Assembly: GCA_051294375.1 (NCBI GenBank) | Contig: CM119266.1 | Coordinates: forward strand, 1,617,554-1,681,553 | From: Paraspadella gotoi | Lineage: Eukaryota; Animalia; Chaetognatha | Reading direction: 5' to 3' | DNA length: 64,000 bases | In this document: positions 14,389-26,476 of the stretch, piece by piece | How positions within the stretch are numbered: the stretch's first letter is position 1 | Layout: every line of letters starts with the position of its first letter | The notes under the pieces: model-generated | The model's input: only the letters and a program-made list of their open reading frames with translations | The model's database searches: none | Told to the model about the DNA's origin: nothing | Made by a program: the position numbers and the translations under genes

Positions 14389-17300
14389 ATGGCCGCGGCA
14401 ACGAGCGAGATCAATGACAACAACAGCAAAGAGGAGGCGGAAGAGGCGTTGAAGCCGGTCGTCGACGCCTCCGACTCGGACAGCTCCGACTCCGTGGACT
14501 CGGACGACTCCAACGAAGGGGAAGAGGACGAGTCCATCGCTCGACTCATGGCTGCCATCGAGCTGGAGAAAGAGAAGAAGAGAGAGCGAGAAGCGGCGCT
14601 GGAGAAAGAGAAGAAGGAAAGAGAGGCGGCTCTGAAGCAGAAAAAGAAAAGTTCCAAAAAGAAAAGTTCCAAAAAGAAAAGCTCGAAAAAGGAAAAGGAA
14701 TCGGAGAGGTTGAAAGAGCAGCGCGCCGCCTTGAAGGAGCAGTTGAAGAAATTAAAGGAGGAAGGAGAGCGATTGAAGCGGACGGAGGAAGAATCGGATT
14801 CGGACAGTTCGGACGAGAGGTGAGTCATCGGGAAAGGGTGGTCAAAATGGTCATTGGTCACTCAGGGACGTGTATGATAGGGTGAGGTGAAAGTTTGGAA
14901 ACAAAATTTAGCAGTTATATCTTGAAAACTATCATATTGGTGAATACTAATCTGTACTGTAGTTTTTTTTCTTTTTTATCGTCGCAAACGCAAAGCGATC
15001 TAGTAACGCTTTTGGGCATAAGTGGCGTAGGCGTCGTCATCGTTTTCGTCGTCGTCGTTGTTGTTGTCGTCGGCGTTCCAAAATATAGATCGCCTTTTTT
15101 ATGATTAAATTTGGGTGTATGAAGCTGAAAATTTATATACAGCTTCTCATCATCGATGTGCTTGAAATTGAGTCAAGACAGTTATTAAATATGTTTTGTT
15201 TACGTTTTATCAAAACAAACAATTTTTTTCTCTTTTATTTTTATATGAAAATTTTCAAATTACTTGTTTCACTATTTTTTATTTTTATATTTTATGAAAG
15301 ATTTACCATTTAATCTATATTCTTTAAATATATATATATTGCTTTCTTAAAAATTTTTTACTTATCATTATATCTAATAACTCAATTTGGGAATGGGAAG
15401 TCAGTGTTGTCTTCTGGAAATAGAGGGAGCATCTACACAACACAAGGTTAGATTACAATCTGTCCTAGTTTTCTAATAGATATCACACATCATTCCTGTT
15501 AGAAAGTCATTAATGAAAAATCATAATATCTAATAGGCTGAACAGAAAGGGGTGGGAATGGATAATTTTTGATGGGGGACCAAAGTTATATATGATTTTT
15601 TAAAAAAACTAATAGGGATAAGACTACAAAGTAGAATTGTATGTTCTGATAGGGATACATACTGGGGAAAGGTCTATAGGGGCACCTTTATGTCATGAAT
15701 ATAATTTTAAAATACTTTAATGAAAATAAATTTTTTCCTTTATCCTAATTTTTAATTATTCTATTTCTGAATATCTTTTATCTATTATGTTTATACAATG
15801 GGAAGGTCATCAGTTGGGAACCTATACCCTTCATGGATTTCATATATCATTCTCTCTCTCTCTCTTTTCTTTTTTAATTATAAGTCTCTCTTTTCCCTAG
15901 TCACTGATTCACAGGGGGGAAAAACGAGTCTGCAGCTGGCTCTGCAGGAGCTTATTCTTTTTCTTTCTTTTCTCCTGCTGCTTCTGCTGCTGCCTTTTCG
16001 CTTAGCGTTTGCGACGATAAAAATGTAAATCTTTTTTAAAAAAATGTCATTAAATAGGTTAAAATTACAAAAAACTATATTTTAAAGCTGGAAATTGAAA
16101 ATTGGTGTCTTAAATATATTTTTGTTAGTTATGACCAACTTTAATAACAATAATAACAATAACAATAATTTTCAAAAAAGAATTATACTTTCTTAAAGCA
16201 ACTTTTTGCGATGAATCCAAATCCGATCTTAAAGTTTAAAAATTTGTAATTCGAGTGGAGGGGCCTGCCATTTCTCTCCTCGCTTCTTAGTATCTTTGTC
16301 TTTAGGTATTCATTAGGTTGTCTTTATTATGAATTTCCGCCTTGTTGTATTTTATAAGTGGTTTCTTAATAAGATAATGGCATTTGCTACGTAGTGTTAG
16401 TTAGTTTTTTTTAGGTTTGTTCGGGAGGTGGTGGTTTCTGTGGTTTCGATTACGCACAAATTTTATTTAGGGATAGTGCAATTAGGTTAGGTTTTGGCTC
16501 TTAAAAATAACTTAAGTACGGGGATTTAAACAAAACTTCGAAAGTAGATTGTGTGGGCAAACCAAATTTCAGGATTGCTCTCCATCCTGGAATCATAACC
16601 AGATTATAATTCGGGTGGATAATTGAAAATTAATGTATTAATTTTTTTTTTTCATTCTTTTATAATAACTGAACTGTTTGCCCTTTGTTCAGTTCTGAAT
16701 GTTCCACGCCGCCATCTTCAGAGTCATCGGATTCCTCCGACTCCGGCGCCGGAACTCAAAACCGGAGCTCGCGTAAATCGAGGCGAAACAAAGGAAAAGG
16801 AAAAAAAGGGAAAAAAGGATCAAAGAAGAATGTGGAGGCGAAACTGGACGAGCTGTTGGCCAGGGAATACGAACAGCTGAAGAAAGAAAAAAAGGATAAA
16901 AAGCAGCGGATCGCGGAAAAGCTGCTGGAGCTGGAGAAGTTGAAGGAGGCGAGAACCAAGGAAGACTCGAAATTCAGCAAGGCCTTCAAAAAAGCGAACG
17001 ACGACCGGAGCCGTCTGCTGAAACTGGAGCAAAAGGAGAAAGAAGACGCGGAGAAGCTCAAGATGGAGTTGGACAAGCTGGAGAAGGAGAACGCCCGGAA
17101 GATGGATGAAACCATTATGACGGCCGCATACACTAGAGAATTGACCTTTATGCTGGATAAAGAAAGGTCTATGAAGTTTTCTATGGTGAAGAGAAAGGAA
17201 GAAATTTCTCAGCTTTTGAGGCTGATGAAGAAGGCACAGATCGTGGACGTTTGTTTCTTGGTCGATGCTACTGGTAGCATGAGCAGATACATCGCCGAGG

Positions 17301-18736
17301 TTCGTGATAAGATCAAAAACCTGGCGACAGAACTCTCGGTCAAGCACAAGGACTTGAGGCTCAACTTGGCCTTCGTCGCCTACCGGGATCACTGCGACGC
17401 CGGTACAAGCTACGGTCAGTTCAGCATTTTCCCGTTCACGTCATCCTTGGACGACTTCAAGAGGTTTGTCGGCACCGTTAAGGCCGGCGGCGGAGGTGAC
17501 GGTCCTGAGGATATCTTTGGAGGATACAAAAAAGTCACGGAGCTTAATTGGCAGGCGCCAACAACGAGGGTCTTGATTCACGTGGCCGATGCCCCTTGTC
17601 ACGGAACGCGATTTCACTCGATGGCTGATGATTACCCAGCTGGAGACCCTAACGGGCTCACGGCCGAGGATCTCCTCAAACGGCTACGCGTAGACTGCAA
17701 CATCTTTACATACATGTTCTGCCGCATCAACAACTATACGGACAAAATGATCGAAGAGTTCCATCTCATACTGGACCAAAACAAGGATTGGCTTAAGGTC
17801 CTGCCCATGACCTCCATGAACATCTTCATGGATTCCGTCTCCAAAACAATTTCCTCCTCAATCATAGACGTGGAGACCAAAACCGTCTCGTCCTATATGT
17901 CAGAAGGAAAAACCGCCAAGCGCGAGTTCACTTTGGACCCCAGAAAGCCAACCGACTGGAGCGACATCTCGGTGAAGGAGTTTGAGTGCAACTTTTATGT
18001 CATGCCCGAGTTGCGCTCGCCCGATCCGACGAGCATCTTCAAAACGATCCAAGGGCGTTTCGAAATGCAGACCTCTCGCGGTTGCGTGCAAATCGCGCCC
18101 AATCCCTTCGCCAAGGGGGCGTTGAGGGTGGTGTATCACGCGAGAGAGAGAGGCAGTAGTGAGTTAGATATGCGTTCCTGCGTGATTAAAGATTACATCG
18201 CCGTCGACGTGAAGGGGAACGCCCAGGAGAAGCACACAAGCGAGATGGAAACACAAGTCGTAGCTTCCTTCCTGGCCAGCTGCTTCAACAAGGTCAAGCC
18301 CAGAGGGGCCAAAGACATGTCCTACCTGCGAACGGAGACCATCAATGTGGAAGGCATGGGCTTTTTAACCAAGGAACAGTACCTGGATGGCAGTTATCAA
18401 AAGTTCAACAACAACTGGGGCTGGGTTGACGAGGAAACGTTCAGCGCGTCAATCCAGGCTTTCAGCCACTGGACCTACGACGTAACCGTCGGCTACTTGA
18501 TCGTCGTAGATCTTCAAGGGAAGAAGAATGAGTCGACGGTCGTATTGACGGACCCCGTCATTCACTGCAAGAATCTTGACCGCTTTGGACGCACGAATCT
18601 GGGCGGAAAGGGAATTTCAAAATTCTTCAGGACTCACGCTTGCAACAAGGTGTGCATCAAGATGGGACTCAAGACACACCGTGAACAACCGCTTTACAAG
18701 GGAGTGCCGGCCTCCGGGACAGTGTTGCTGGAGTGA
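14389..18736 (+). CDS. Coiled-coil + vWA domain + alpha-kinase (VwkA-like), join(14389..14819,16693..18736), ~824 aa
   Basis: Phase-2 intron AG|GTGAGT...TTCAG|T. vWA: DVCFLVDATGSM, LAFVAYRDH, GGGDGPED, VLIHVADAP. Alpha-kinase: PFAKGALRVVY, VIKDY, KFNNNWG, QAFSHWTY, VVDLQG, LTDPVIH, FGRTNLGGKG and Zn site HACNKVC. Confidence 0.93.
14972..16022. mobile_element. Probable non-autonomous HINE/MITE-like insertion in the kinase intron
   Basis: Inverted pair TTTTTATCGTCGCAAACGC(A/T)AAGCGA at ~14972 (+) and ~16000-16022 (-), with a (GTC/GTT)n microsatellite just inside the left end. Confidence 0.45.
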
Positions 18737-18984
18737 ATATGATTTTTTTAAATGTTTTTTTGTTAGTTGGATTCTTCAGCTTATTACATGTACTTTTAAT
18801 TACATTAATATTGTAATGGCTAAGTTTTTTTTCCCCTTCCCCAAGTTGTTTTTTTTTGGTTTCGAGTATATTTATACTATCTTTAAGTTGTATATTTTGT
18901 TTGTCTTTAATCAACAATACACAATTGCTTGTTCAATCTGCCATAGTTTATGCTTCAATTAACAGTTTTTAAGTTATTGACCAA

Positions 18985-21801
18985 ATGGCGGCGGCCATGG
19001 ACATTGATTTTCCCGAAGGGACCGATGAGGACACGATCCATCGAATTCGCGATTTAGAGCGACTATTGGAAAACGAAAGAAACAAACTCGCGTCCCGTTG
19101 CGTCATCGGGGACAAACCCAAGAAGCCTCTGGCTAAACCTCCGCCCTTCGAAGCTTTGGAAGAGCAGAATACGTTCGAGCGGGCGCAAGAGATCGTCGAC
19201 GAGGAGGCAGATACTCGGCCCGACATTGTCGAAGTTTCGACACCTCCATCGAAGGCTTCGCCGAAAAAAGAAGAAAAGAAGGAAAGAAAAAAGAAGGAGA
19301 AAAAGGAGAAGGCCATGGCTGAGTTGGAAAAATTGCGGCAGGAAAATGCGGAGCTGGAAAAGTTGCGAAAAGAAAATGAAGAGCACGATAAAATCTTGAA
19401 AAAGTTGGAAGCGGAGATCGAGAGGAACAAAGCGGAAAGAGCAGAGAAAAAGGAAAAGCTCAGAGTAGAAGAAAAGAAAGTCAACGCGGAGACGCTACGG
19501 CTGCAGCAGGAAATCGAGAAGCAAAAACAAATGGCTCGTCAAATATCCGCGCAGCAGCAGCGAGTAGGACAGCTGTTGCACAAGATGAATAAAGTTCGAC
19601 ACGTTCAAATCTGTTTCGTTACCAACATCCGAAACAAATCGGCGGAAGAAACGTTTCAAAAGGTTTACTGCAATGCGCAATTAATTGCATACTATCTGAG
19701 GCAAATGTTTTCCAAGCTGCAATTGGAGTTTGGCTTTGTTTTTGCCAGCGGGTACGCTAGCGCTCAAAAATTAGATTTCGACTATCAAGAAGCTTCCATA
19801 AAATGGTGTAAACATTCTGAATACAAGTGTGATTTTGACAGCGTCTTAAAAGAAACTCCTCACCTCAAATGGAACAGGGATTCTTTTAATATATTATATT
19901 TCCTCGTTGATTATTACCAGACTCCTACAAAAACTAAGGCAAAATTGGAAGAAGCTTTTAAAGACAAAGGACTTCGTAGAGTTATTGTTTCGACTGAAAA
20001 ACTCTTGACCAAACACGCACAAGATGGCTGGAAATCGATTATGCCTGTAGCTACATTTATAAGACAACATATCAATAAGGAAAACATAGTCTCTACCATA
20101 CAAACCTTACTAGAATCATTTCTCTGGTCTGAAGAGAATCAAGTGTTTAGGGACATGGCTTATGGAACAAACCCATGCCAAATTCCCTATCGAGATCCAC
20201 GACAGTGTACTGTTAGGCAACAAGGCGTTTTGCGCTACATGACAGTGAGAAAAAATCCGCCATCGTCAAGACATTACTACTTGACACGTGACGATATTGA
20301 GTCTAATATTTTTCAAGAACAAAAGACATTCGAAATCTTAAGGAGCTCAACGCCTTATGAAAATGATAGCGTTTGGAGCAAATACCAATGTTATCATAAT
20401 GACCAAGTGTTCACGTTGAAATGCTTCCATACCAACGATCTCTCTCACGATAAAAACATGATTGGCAGTATTTTGGAATCTATGAGCACGGCGAAATTTT
20501 TAGGGAATATTTTCAACGAAATGATTCCGACGAAAGAAAGTTTGTTTTTTGACGAGAAAAACAGTTTCGAATCCAACGACGCTGTGTTCCTTATTGAACC
20601 GATCGAAAGAGGCGAAAGGTTTTTCCGTTTTGACTCGATCGAACCGTTGACAGCTTTTTCACATTGGACTCACCACGTCACGAACGGCCTTCTCTTGGTC
20701 GAAATCATTGAAGCCTCCAAGACAGAACGCGGATATCATGTCAATGAGGTCGCTGTGCACTGCAAAGAAGTCCTTTCCTACGCGATGTCAAACTTGTCTA
20801 ATTCAGGAGTGGATAAATTCTTCGCTCGACACTCCTGCAACGCGATTTGCGGAAACCTACGACTGAGGCGGCATCCGAAGCAGGAAAAGGAGCCCGTTCG
20901 GGAAGTAGAGCCGAAGGTAGTCGAGAGTAAAGGCTACTTTTCGTCGATCGGTTCCAAAATAAAGAACGCTGTTTGGAGCGACGATCAGAACGGAAAAGAT
21001 CCTAAACCGTGTGAGCTCGCGTCGCTCGCCAATGATCGACGAACTGACTACGACGTTCGACGCAAGGAATACTCCTCCAACGATTACTCAAACGACAAGC
21101 ATTTGTTGCCAAATCCTAGTCCTCTTTTCGCTAAATCATCGCCGGCGGCGTCTCCCGTCGCTAAGCATAACTCCGAGAGAAAGCTGCCTCTGTTAGTGAC
21201 CGCCGGCGGTAAGAGCGGTTCAGATCTCGGCGAGCCGAAAGCTCCTGGTCTTTTGGAGAGCTCCCGGCGAGATTGTCAATCGAAAACCGATTCAGAACGA
21301 CAGATGTCTCCGGAACGTCGGGACAGCGGGCGGAAGAAGGTCGATAAAACAGAGTGTATAAGCTTGCTTGATAAGAGACAAGGACGCCATTCCAGTCCGT
21401 CAAAATCGCCAGAACGGAAGGGTCATCAGCCGAGGAAGATCAACGAAGCTCATGAAGACCCAATTGTCGAAACTCGTAAGTCTCCGGAACGAGGTGCCGA
21501 TCCATTGAATATTGGTAAAGATGATAAGTTGCTTGCTGGGAAACAAAACAAAAGATCCGATCGGTCGAGGTCGCCCGATAAACGGAATGCCGTTCTTAAG
21601 CATGCAAACAAAAACGACCATGCAAGCATGCTTTCCAGTCGACCCAAGAACTCGTCTCAATTGCAAGAATCCGTGCCAGAAGGCTATTGCGATTGTAGAC
21701 CCAAAGATTCTCAATTGAAGATGTTGTTGACGACAAAACCGACAAAGGACGGTTCGATGTTTCCAGAAGGCGACGAAGACGAATCTGAAAAAAGATATTG
21801 A
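18985..21801 (+). CDS. Intronless 938-aa paralog: coiled-coil, degenerate vWA, predicted alpha-pseudokinase and Ser/basic low-complexity tail
   Basis: Collinear with the upstream kinase: KVRHVQICFV~KAQIVDVCFL, LQLEFGFV~LRLNLAFV, STAKFLGNIFN~VVASFLASCFN, AFSHWT, HSCNAIC~HACNKVC. DLQG becomes IIEA and LTDP becomes VNEV. Confidence 0.88.
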   Translation: MAAAMDIDFPEGTDEDTIHRIRDLERLLENERNKLASRCVIGDKPKKPLAKPPPFEALEEQNTFERAQEIVDEEADTRPDIVEVSTPPSKASPKKEEKKERKKKEKKEKAMAELEKLRQENAELEKLRKENEEHDKILKKLEAEIERNKAERAEKKEKLRVEEKKVNAETLRLQQEIEKQKQMARQISAQQQRVGQLLHKMNKVRHVQICFVTNIRNKSAEETFQKVYCNAQLIAYYLRQMFSKLQLEFGFVFASGYASAQKLDFDYQEASIKWCKHSEYKCDFDSVLKETPHLKWNRDSFNILYFLVDYYQTPTKTKAKLEEAFKDKGLRRVIVSTEKLLTKHAQDGWKSIMPVATFIRQHINKENIVSTIQTLLESFLWSEENQVFRDMAYGTNPCQIPYRDPRQCTVRQQGVLRYMTVRKNPPSSRHYYLTRDDIESNIFQEQKTFEILRSSTPYENDSVWSKYQCYHNDQVFTLKCFHTNDLSHDKNMIGSILESMSTAKFLGNIFNEMIPTKESLFFDEKNSFESNDAVFLIEPIERGERFFRFDSIEPLTAFSHWTHHVTNGLLLVEIIEASKTERGYHVNEVAVHCKEVLSYAMSNLSNSGVDKFFARHSCNAICGNLRLRRHPKQEKEPVREVEPKVVESKGYFSSIGSKIKNAVWSDDQNGKDPKPCELASLANDRRTDYDVRRKEYSSNDYSNDKHLLPNPSPLFAKSSPAASPVAKHNSERKLPLLVTAGGKSGSDLGEPKAPGLLESSRRDCQSKTDSERQMSPERRDSGRKKVDKTECISLLDKRQGRHSSPSKSPERKGHQPRKINEAHEDPIVETRKSPERGADPLNIGKDDKLLAGKQNKRSDRSRSPDKRNAVLKHANKNDHASMLSSRPKNSSQLQESVPEGYCDCRPKDSQLKMLLTTKPTKDGSMFPEGDEDESEKRY

Positions 21802-21949
21802 CAGACATACTTGTATAAATTTAGTGTTCCGAAAGCTCCGTAGCTCAAGAAACTTAATCATATACATTAAGGCGTAGTAAAATTTCTAAATTTAACTTTA
21901 ATTAAAATTCTAAAAGTGAGTACACAGGCAGGCTTTGGAAGCTGGATAA

Positions 21950-24900
21950 TAGACCTTGCCAGAAAATTTGAAGTTTATGATCCAGCTTAGTAGTTGGGCT
22001 CAAGACGAGCTTCATACATGTGCAGATGTTTTACAATATCCCTTTTTGAAAAAAAATTATGGGAAATGCTGCCAACTTTTCAAAAAATGCTGAAAAACTG
22101 AAAAATTAGGGCATTTCTTCAATATCTCAAAGGGCATTAAGTATAATCAAATGAAACCAGTTTTAATCATTAAAGCGTAAAAAACTGTACATGTTGGTCA
22201 CCTTGATGAATTAAGTGCATTTTCTATTAAATGGGGATTTTTTAATAATCGAGGTCTTGTATTTTTCGTCAAAAAATCTTATAAAAGGGTTATTTTTTAA
22301 TATTTTTTAAAAAGCTTGCTTTATGAATTTAAGTAACTCTTTATAAACAGATAATTGGCTAATTCTTAGTAACAATATTTTTTTTAAATTCTTATCGGTT
22401 TATGAATTATGATTTTTTGAAAAAAAAAATATTCAAAAAAGTTAATTTTTTGAAGATAAACTATATAATATAATGTCCAAATATTATTTATTTGAAAGCT
22501 TAATAAAAAAACTATCCTTAACTAAACTTCCTACAGTTGCAGAAGTACTTACTATTTAATTGTTAAAGATACTGAATTAGAAAACACTATTTTGGTAATG
22601 AACCAAGCTCGAAAACAAAGGAAAAAAACAAAAATAGTTTTTGTAATTTTATTTTACATTAAAAATTAATGTTTTGTTTGTTTTGTATTGGACTTTAAAT
22701 ATATATTAAATTTTAATACCTTTATAAATAAGTTATTTTCTATTCAAAATGCCTGGTTTAGATAGTTGTTAAAAATTTATTATACCTATTGTAACAGTGT
22801 TAGTATTTGAAGAAAGAAAATCATAGTGATAAAGTAGAAATAATATTATCTAGTATATACAAACTGCATAATTTGAGTTCTGATATTTGTGGTACAAAAT
22901 ACTGATTTGTTCGATAATGAATATCTTTTTTTTCTTTTTGTATGAATTAACATCCAAATTCTTTGGATTAAAACAAGTTTGAGCAAACAATGCTGGATCT
23001 GTCCACGGTAATTAATTAATTAAGTAATTAGTTTATTTTACTAATTAATTAATTAATTAATTTTTTTTTTGGTCAAAATTGTTTTCTACTTTCTCGTCTC
23101 GCAATCACAAAACAACAATCTCAATTGCAAAATTAATTAATTAATTAATTACAAATAATTAATAATTAATTAATTATTTATTAATAATTAATTAATGCAG
23201 CTGGAATTTACATTTAATATAAAAATAAAGCATAATCAAATAGATTGTTTATTTTTTCCATTTTAACTAATTTCCACTTGGACAATTCCATCGAAACTTG
23301 ATTTCCTTCTCAATCACACACTTTCCTACCCACATACAAAATTTGAAGTCAATCGCCCCATTCAATCATGAGTAATTGGCGTTCAAATAGTGAAATATAT
23401 TTTTTGGTTTTTTCCATTTTAACTCATTTCCACCTTGACGATTCCATCGAAACTTGATTTCCAGTTCAATCTCACACTTTCCTACCCACACACAAAATTT
23501 TATTCCAATCCATCCATCAAATCACGAGTAATTGGTTTTTTTTGCTAAGGTGGGATGGATGGACGGACAGATGGACGGACGGACCGATCAACATTTTTTT
23601 TGCATAATTTATCATAATTTGATATTCTGATTGGGGGGCGGACCAACAGACTGACAAAGTAAATTATAGAGCCCGTATCTGCTGTAAGCTGATCCGGCTA
23701 AAAAAATGCTTCAATAAGTTTCAATATATTGATTGCTACAGCTTATGACACAATGAAAAATGGCGTAACGTTACTGTTCCGTGCATAAAAAAAATTCACT
23801 GTTCAATATTATTATATTTTTTTTTATTTTTTGAAACGTTATAGTTTCATATGCTGATATCCAAAATATCAATGCAAAATTTGTTTTTGTTTTTTTGATA
23901 TGACTGAATATAGGGTGAAAGATGATAAATTTTTTAAAAAAGTTACTTATTCATATTTATTCATAGAATTGTAATAAAAAAAAATAATAGTATTAATAGT
24001 TAGTGTTGTCTCAAATAGATGGAAAAAAAACCTCATTTAAAAATTCGATCGGGAAGTGGGGTAACTAAGGCTTACCAATGGCATCCTCCACGCCGATTGT
24101 TCTTTCAAATATTTTTTTTTGTTTAATATATTTGAAAGGGAAAAAAAGAAAATTTGGAATGCAGGTTGCAGAAAGGGTACAGATAATCTGGACTTATTGA
24201 CATGATAACCATGACTTTTAATATCTTGTGAAATGGGGGCAATAAAGAAATCTAAAAAATTTCATCATTAAGTCAGTCAATGAACCCTTTCCAATGGGCT
24301 ATTACGAGAAATATTTTTTCTTAATTAAAATGGATGATAAATGATAAAATTAAATTCCTTGCTATATTTTTAAAAAAATTATCAATACAAATTAACACAA
24401 TGATGTTTTGGTTTGTCAAATATGTTACCAGCTATATAATTTTTTACCAACTTTAATATGATAAACAAGCAGTGTGTACAAGCTTTTAGTTTGCAGTTAA
24501 AGATAATGAAAAATGACGATTTTTTTCACAGACAGAAGGTAGATGTCCAGACTGTTTATATCAAGCTGAAAACATTTTTGTATTATCATTTTAATATTTA
24601 AAAATATATTTTATCAAGCTACAACATAAATTTTTGTTTGTTTTTTACTTTAACTGAAAAATATAAGCAATTTTATGGAATAAAAAAAATTAATAATAAA
24701 CAAAATGTAATTCAGTCTTTCCTTTTCAAATTATAAAAGAAAAAAGAAAAATTTATATGTCTTCATTGAAATTTTTAAAGCAAAAAACTGTTATACTTTT
24801 AACTCTGATTTAAACAAAAAGCTGTGTAAAGATTTATGGATTAATTAATAAAACTCTTTTTAGAAAGGTGCCCATAATTAGGCTTTAATTTGATCCACAT

Positions 24901-26476
24901 CCACCTTGCTACCTCTTTTTTTTCAAAAGTTATTAAAAAATAACGTTTTTTAAATTACGCAGTACAAATCTTTGTTAAATAAAAATTTCGGCAAAAGCGG
25001 GAGTATCTCACTTATTTCTGTTGGTACAATACTTAAATTTTAAAATAAAAATTGAAGAAAATTTTTTATCATTTAGGAGACATATCACTTTCAGATATAC
25101 TCATCGTATAATAATTTATTTATTTATTTCCCCTAAAAAAGCCTAATTAGAAAAGTTGAAATTTTTCAAATTGTTGGGAAAAAAATTTCATCCGACCTAT
25201 GCTCATTGAGAATAATGGTTTGCCATAGAAAATTAAAATATCAAAAAAATAAAAAAATCAGCCTCTAGAAAAATCGAAAGGCTAGAGGCTGATTTTTTAA
25301 GAATTGCAAAATTTTTTCCTGACTCATAATCCATTATTCTCAAGTTTCAAATTATTTTTTTTCAAAATCATTCAATCAATTTTTTTTAATAATTTAAAAT
25401 GTTTTATGATGTTGTTTTTGTTTGAAAGAATTGAAAAAAAGTAAAAAATATAGTAATTATATAAGGTTTTGAAAATACCTTTAAAATATTAAATAATTAG
25501 ACACAAGGGGAGTAAGCAGAGAAAACTTCCCATTCATAAAAAAAATTGAAAATGAATTTGTCATATTGTTATTTAGATTAATTGACTAATTACAAACAAA
25601 TGATTCATATAAATTGAGGAAATGATGGGTAAAAAATATTCATCTTGGTCTCGGTTAACTATTAGGTTATCGTTAAAGTTTGTTTTAATAATATTAATAT
25701 TTTTTTTACATTTATAAAAGCAATGGTTTAAAATTTTGTAAGCGTTTCGAGCTATATTGCTTCATCTTTTTATTATTTTTGATCTAGTAGCTTTTTTGTT
25801 GATGGTCAAGGGTTATGGTCAGATACAGATATGTCCAATAGTGTATATCGCACATATACCAAATAGTGATCAATTAATTTGGCTCAGAAACGATTTTAAA
25901 AGGACAAAATCTGCATGAGACCGTTTCGCCACGTTATTTTTCATTGTGTCTTATATAGTTTCTCTTCAGAAAAAATAACTTTTTTGAATATTTTTTTTAA
26001 TTTAAAAAAATCATAATTCATAAACCAATAAGAATTTAAACAAAATATTGCTACCAAGAATGAGCCAATTATCTTTTTATAAAGAGTTACCTAAATTTAT
26101 AATGCAAGCTTTTTAAAAAATATTAAAAAATAACCCTTTTATAAGATTTTTTGATGAAAAATACAAAACATCCATTATTAAAAAATCCCCATTTAATAGA
26201 AAATGCACTTAATTCATCAAGTAAGGTGTCCAACATGTACAGTTTTTTACGCTTTAATGATTCAAACTGGTTTCGTTTAGGTATACTTAATGCCCTTCGA
26301 GATATTGAAGAAATGCCCTAATTTTTTAGTTTTTCAGCATTTTTTGAAAAGTTGGCAGCATTTCCCATATTTAAAAAAAAAGAAGAATATTATCAAACAT
26401 CCGCGCATGTATGAAGCTCGTTTTGAGCCCTACTACTAAGCTGGATCACAAACTTCAAATTTTCTGGCAAGGTCTA
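21950..26476. mobile_element. Non-autonomous hAT-like DNA transposon, ~4.5 kb, with ~500-bp TIRs and 8-bp TSD CTGGATAA
   Basis: TAGACCTTGCCAGAAAATTTGAAG... at 21950 and ...CTTCAAATTTTCTGGCAAGGTCTA ending at 26476. Inverted similarity runs ~21950-22455 against ~25965-26476. CTGGATAA sits at 21942-21949 and 26477-26484. No transposase ORF is present. Confidence 0.88.
22971..23704 (-). mobile_element. Helentron-associated (HINE/DINE-1-like) element, copy 1, nested in the hAT-like element
   Basis: AACAAG end with GTTTG-AG-CAAAC hairpin and subTIR-like GCTGGATCTG; (GGAC)n microsatellite; opposite end GCCCGTATCTGC..GCTGATCCGGCTAAAA. Homologous to 27591-28504. Confidence 0.75.

Noticed and set aside
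15016-15090. Protamine-like frame HKWRRRRHRFRRRRCCCRRRSKI
   Set aside because: No start codon; it is the (GTC/GTT)n microsatellite of a repeat element inside an intron.
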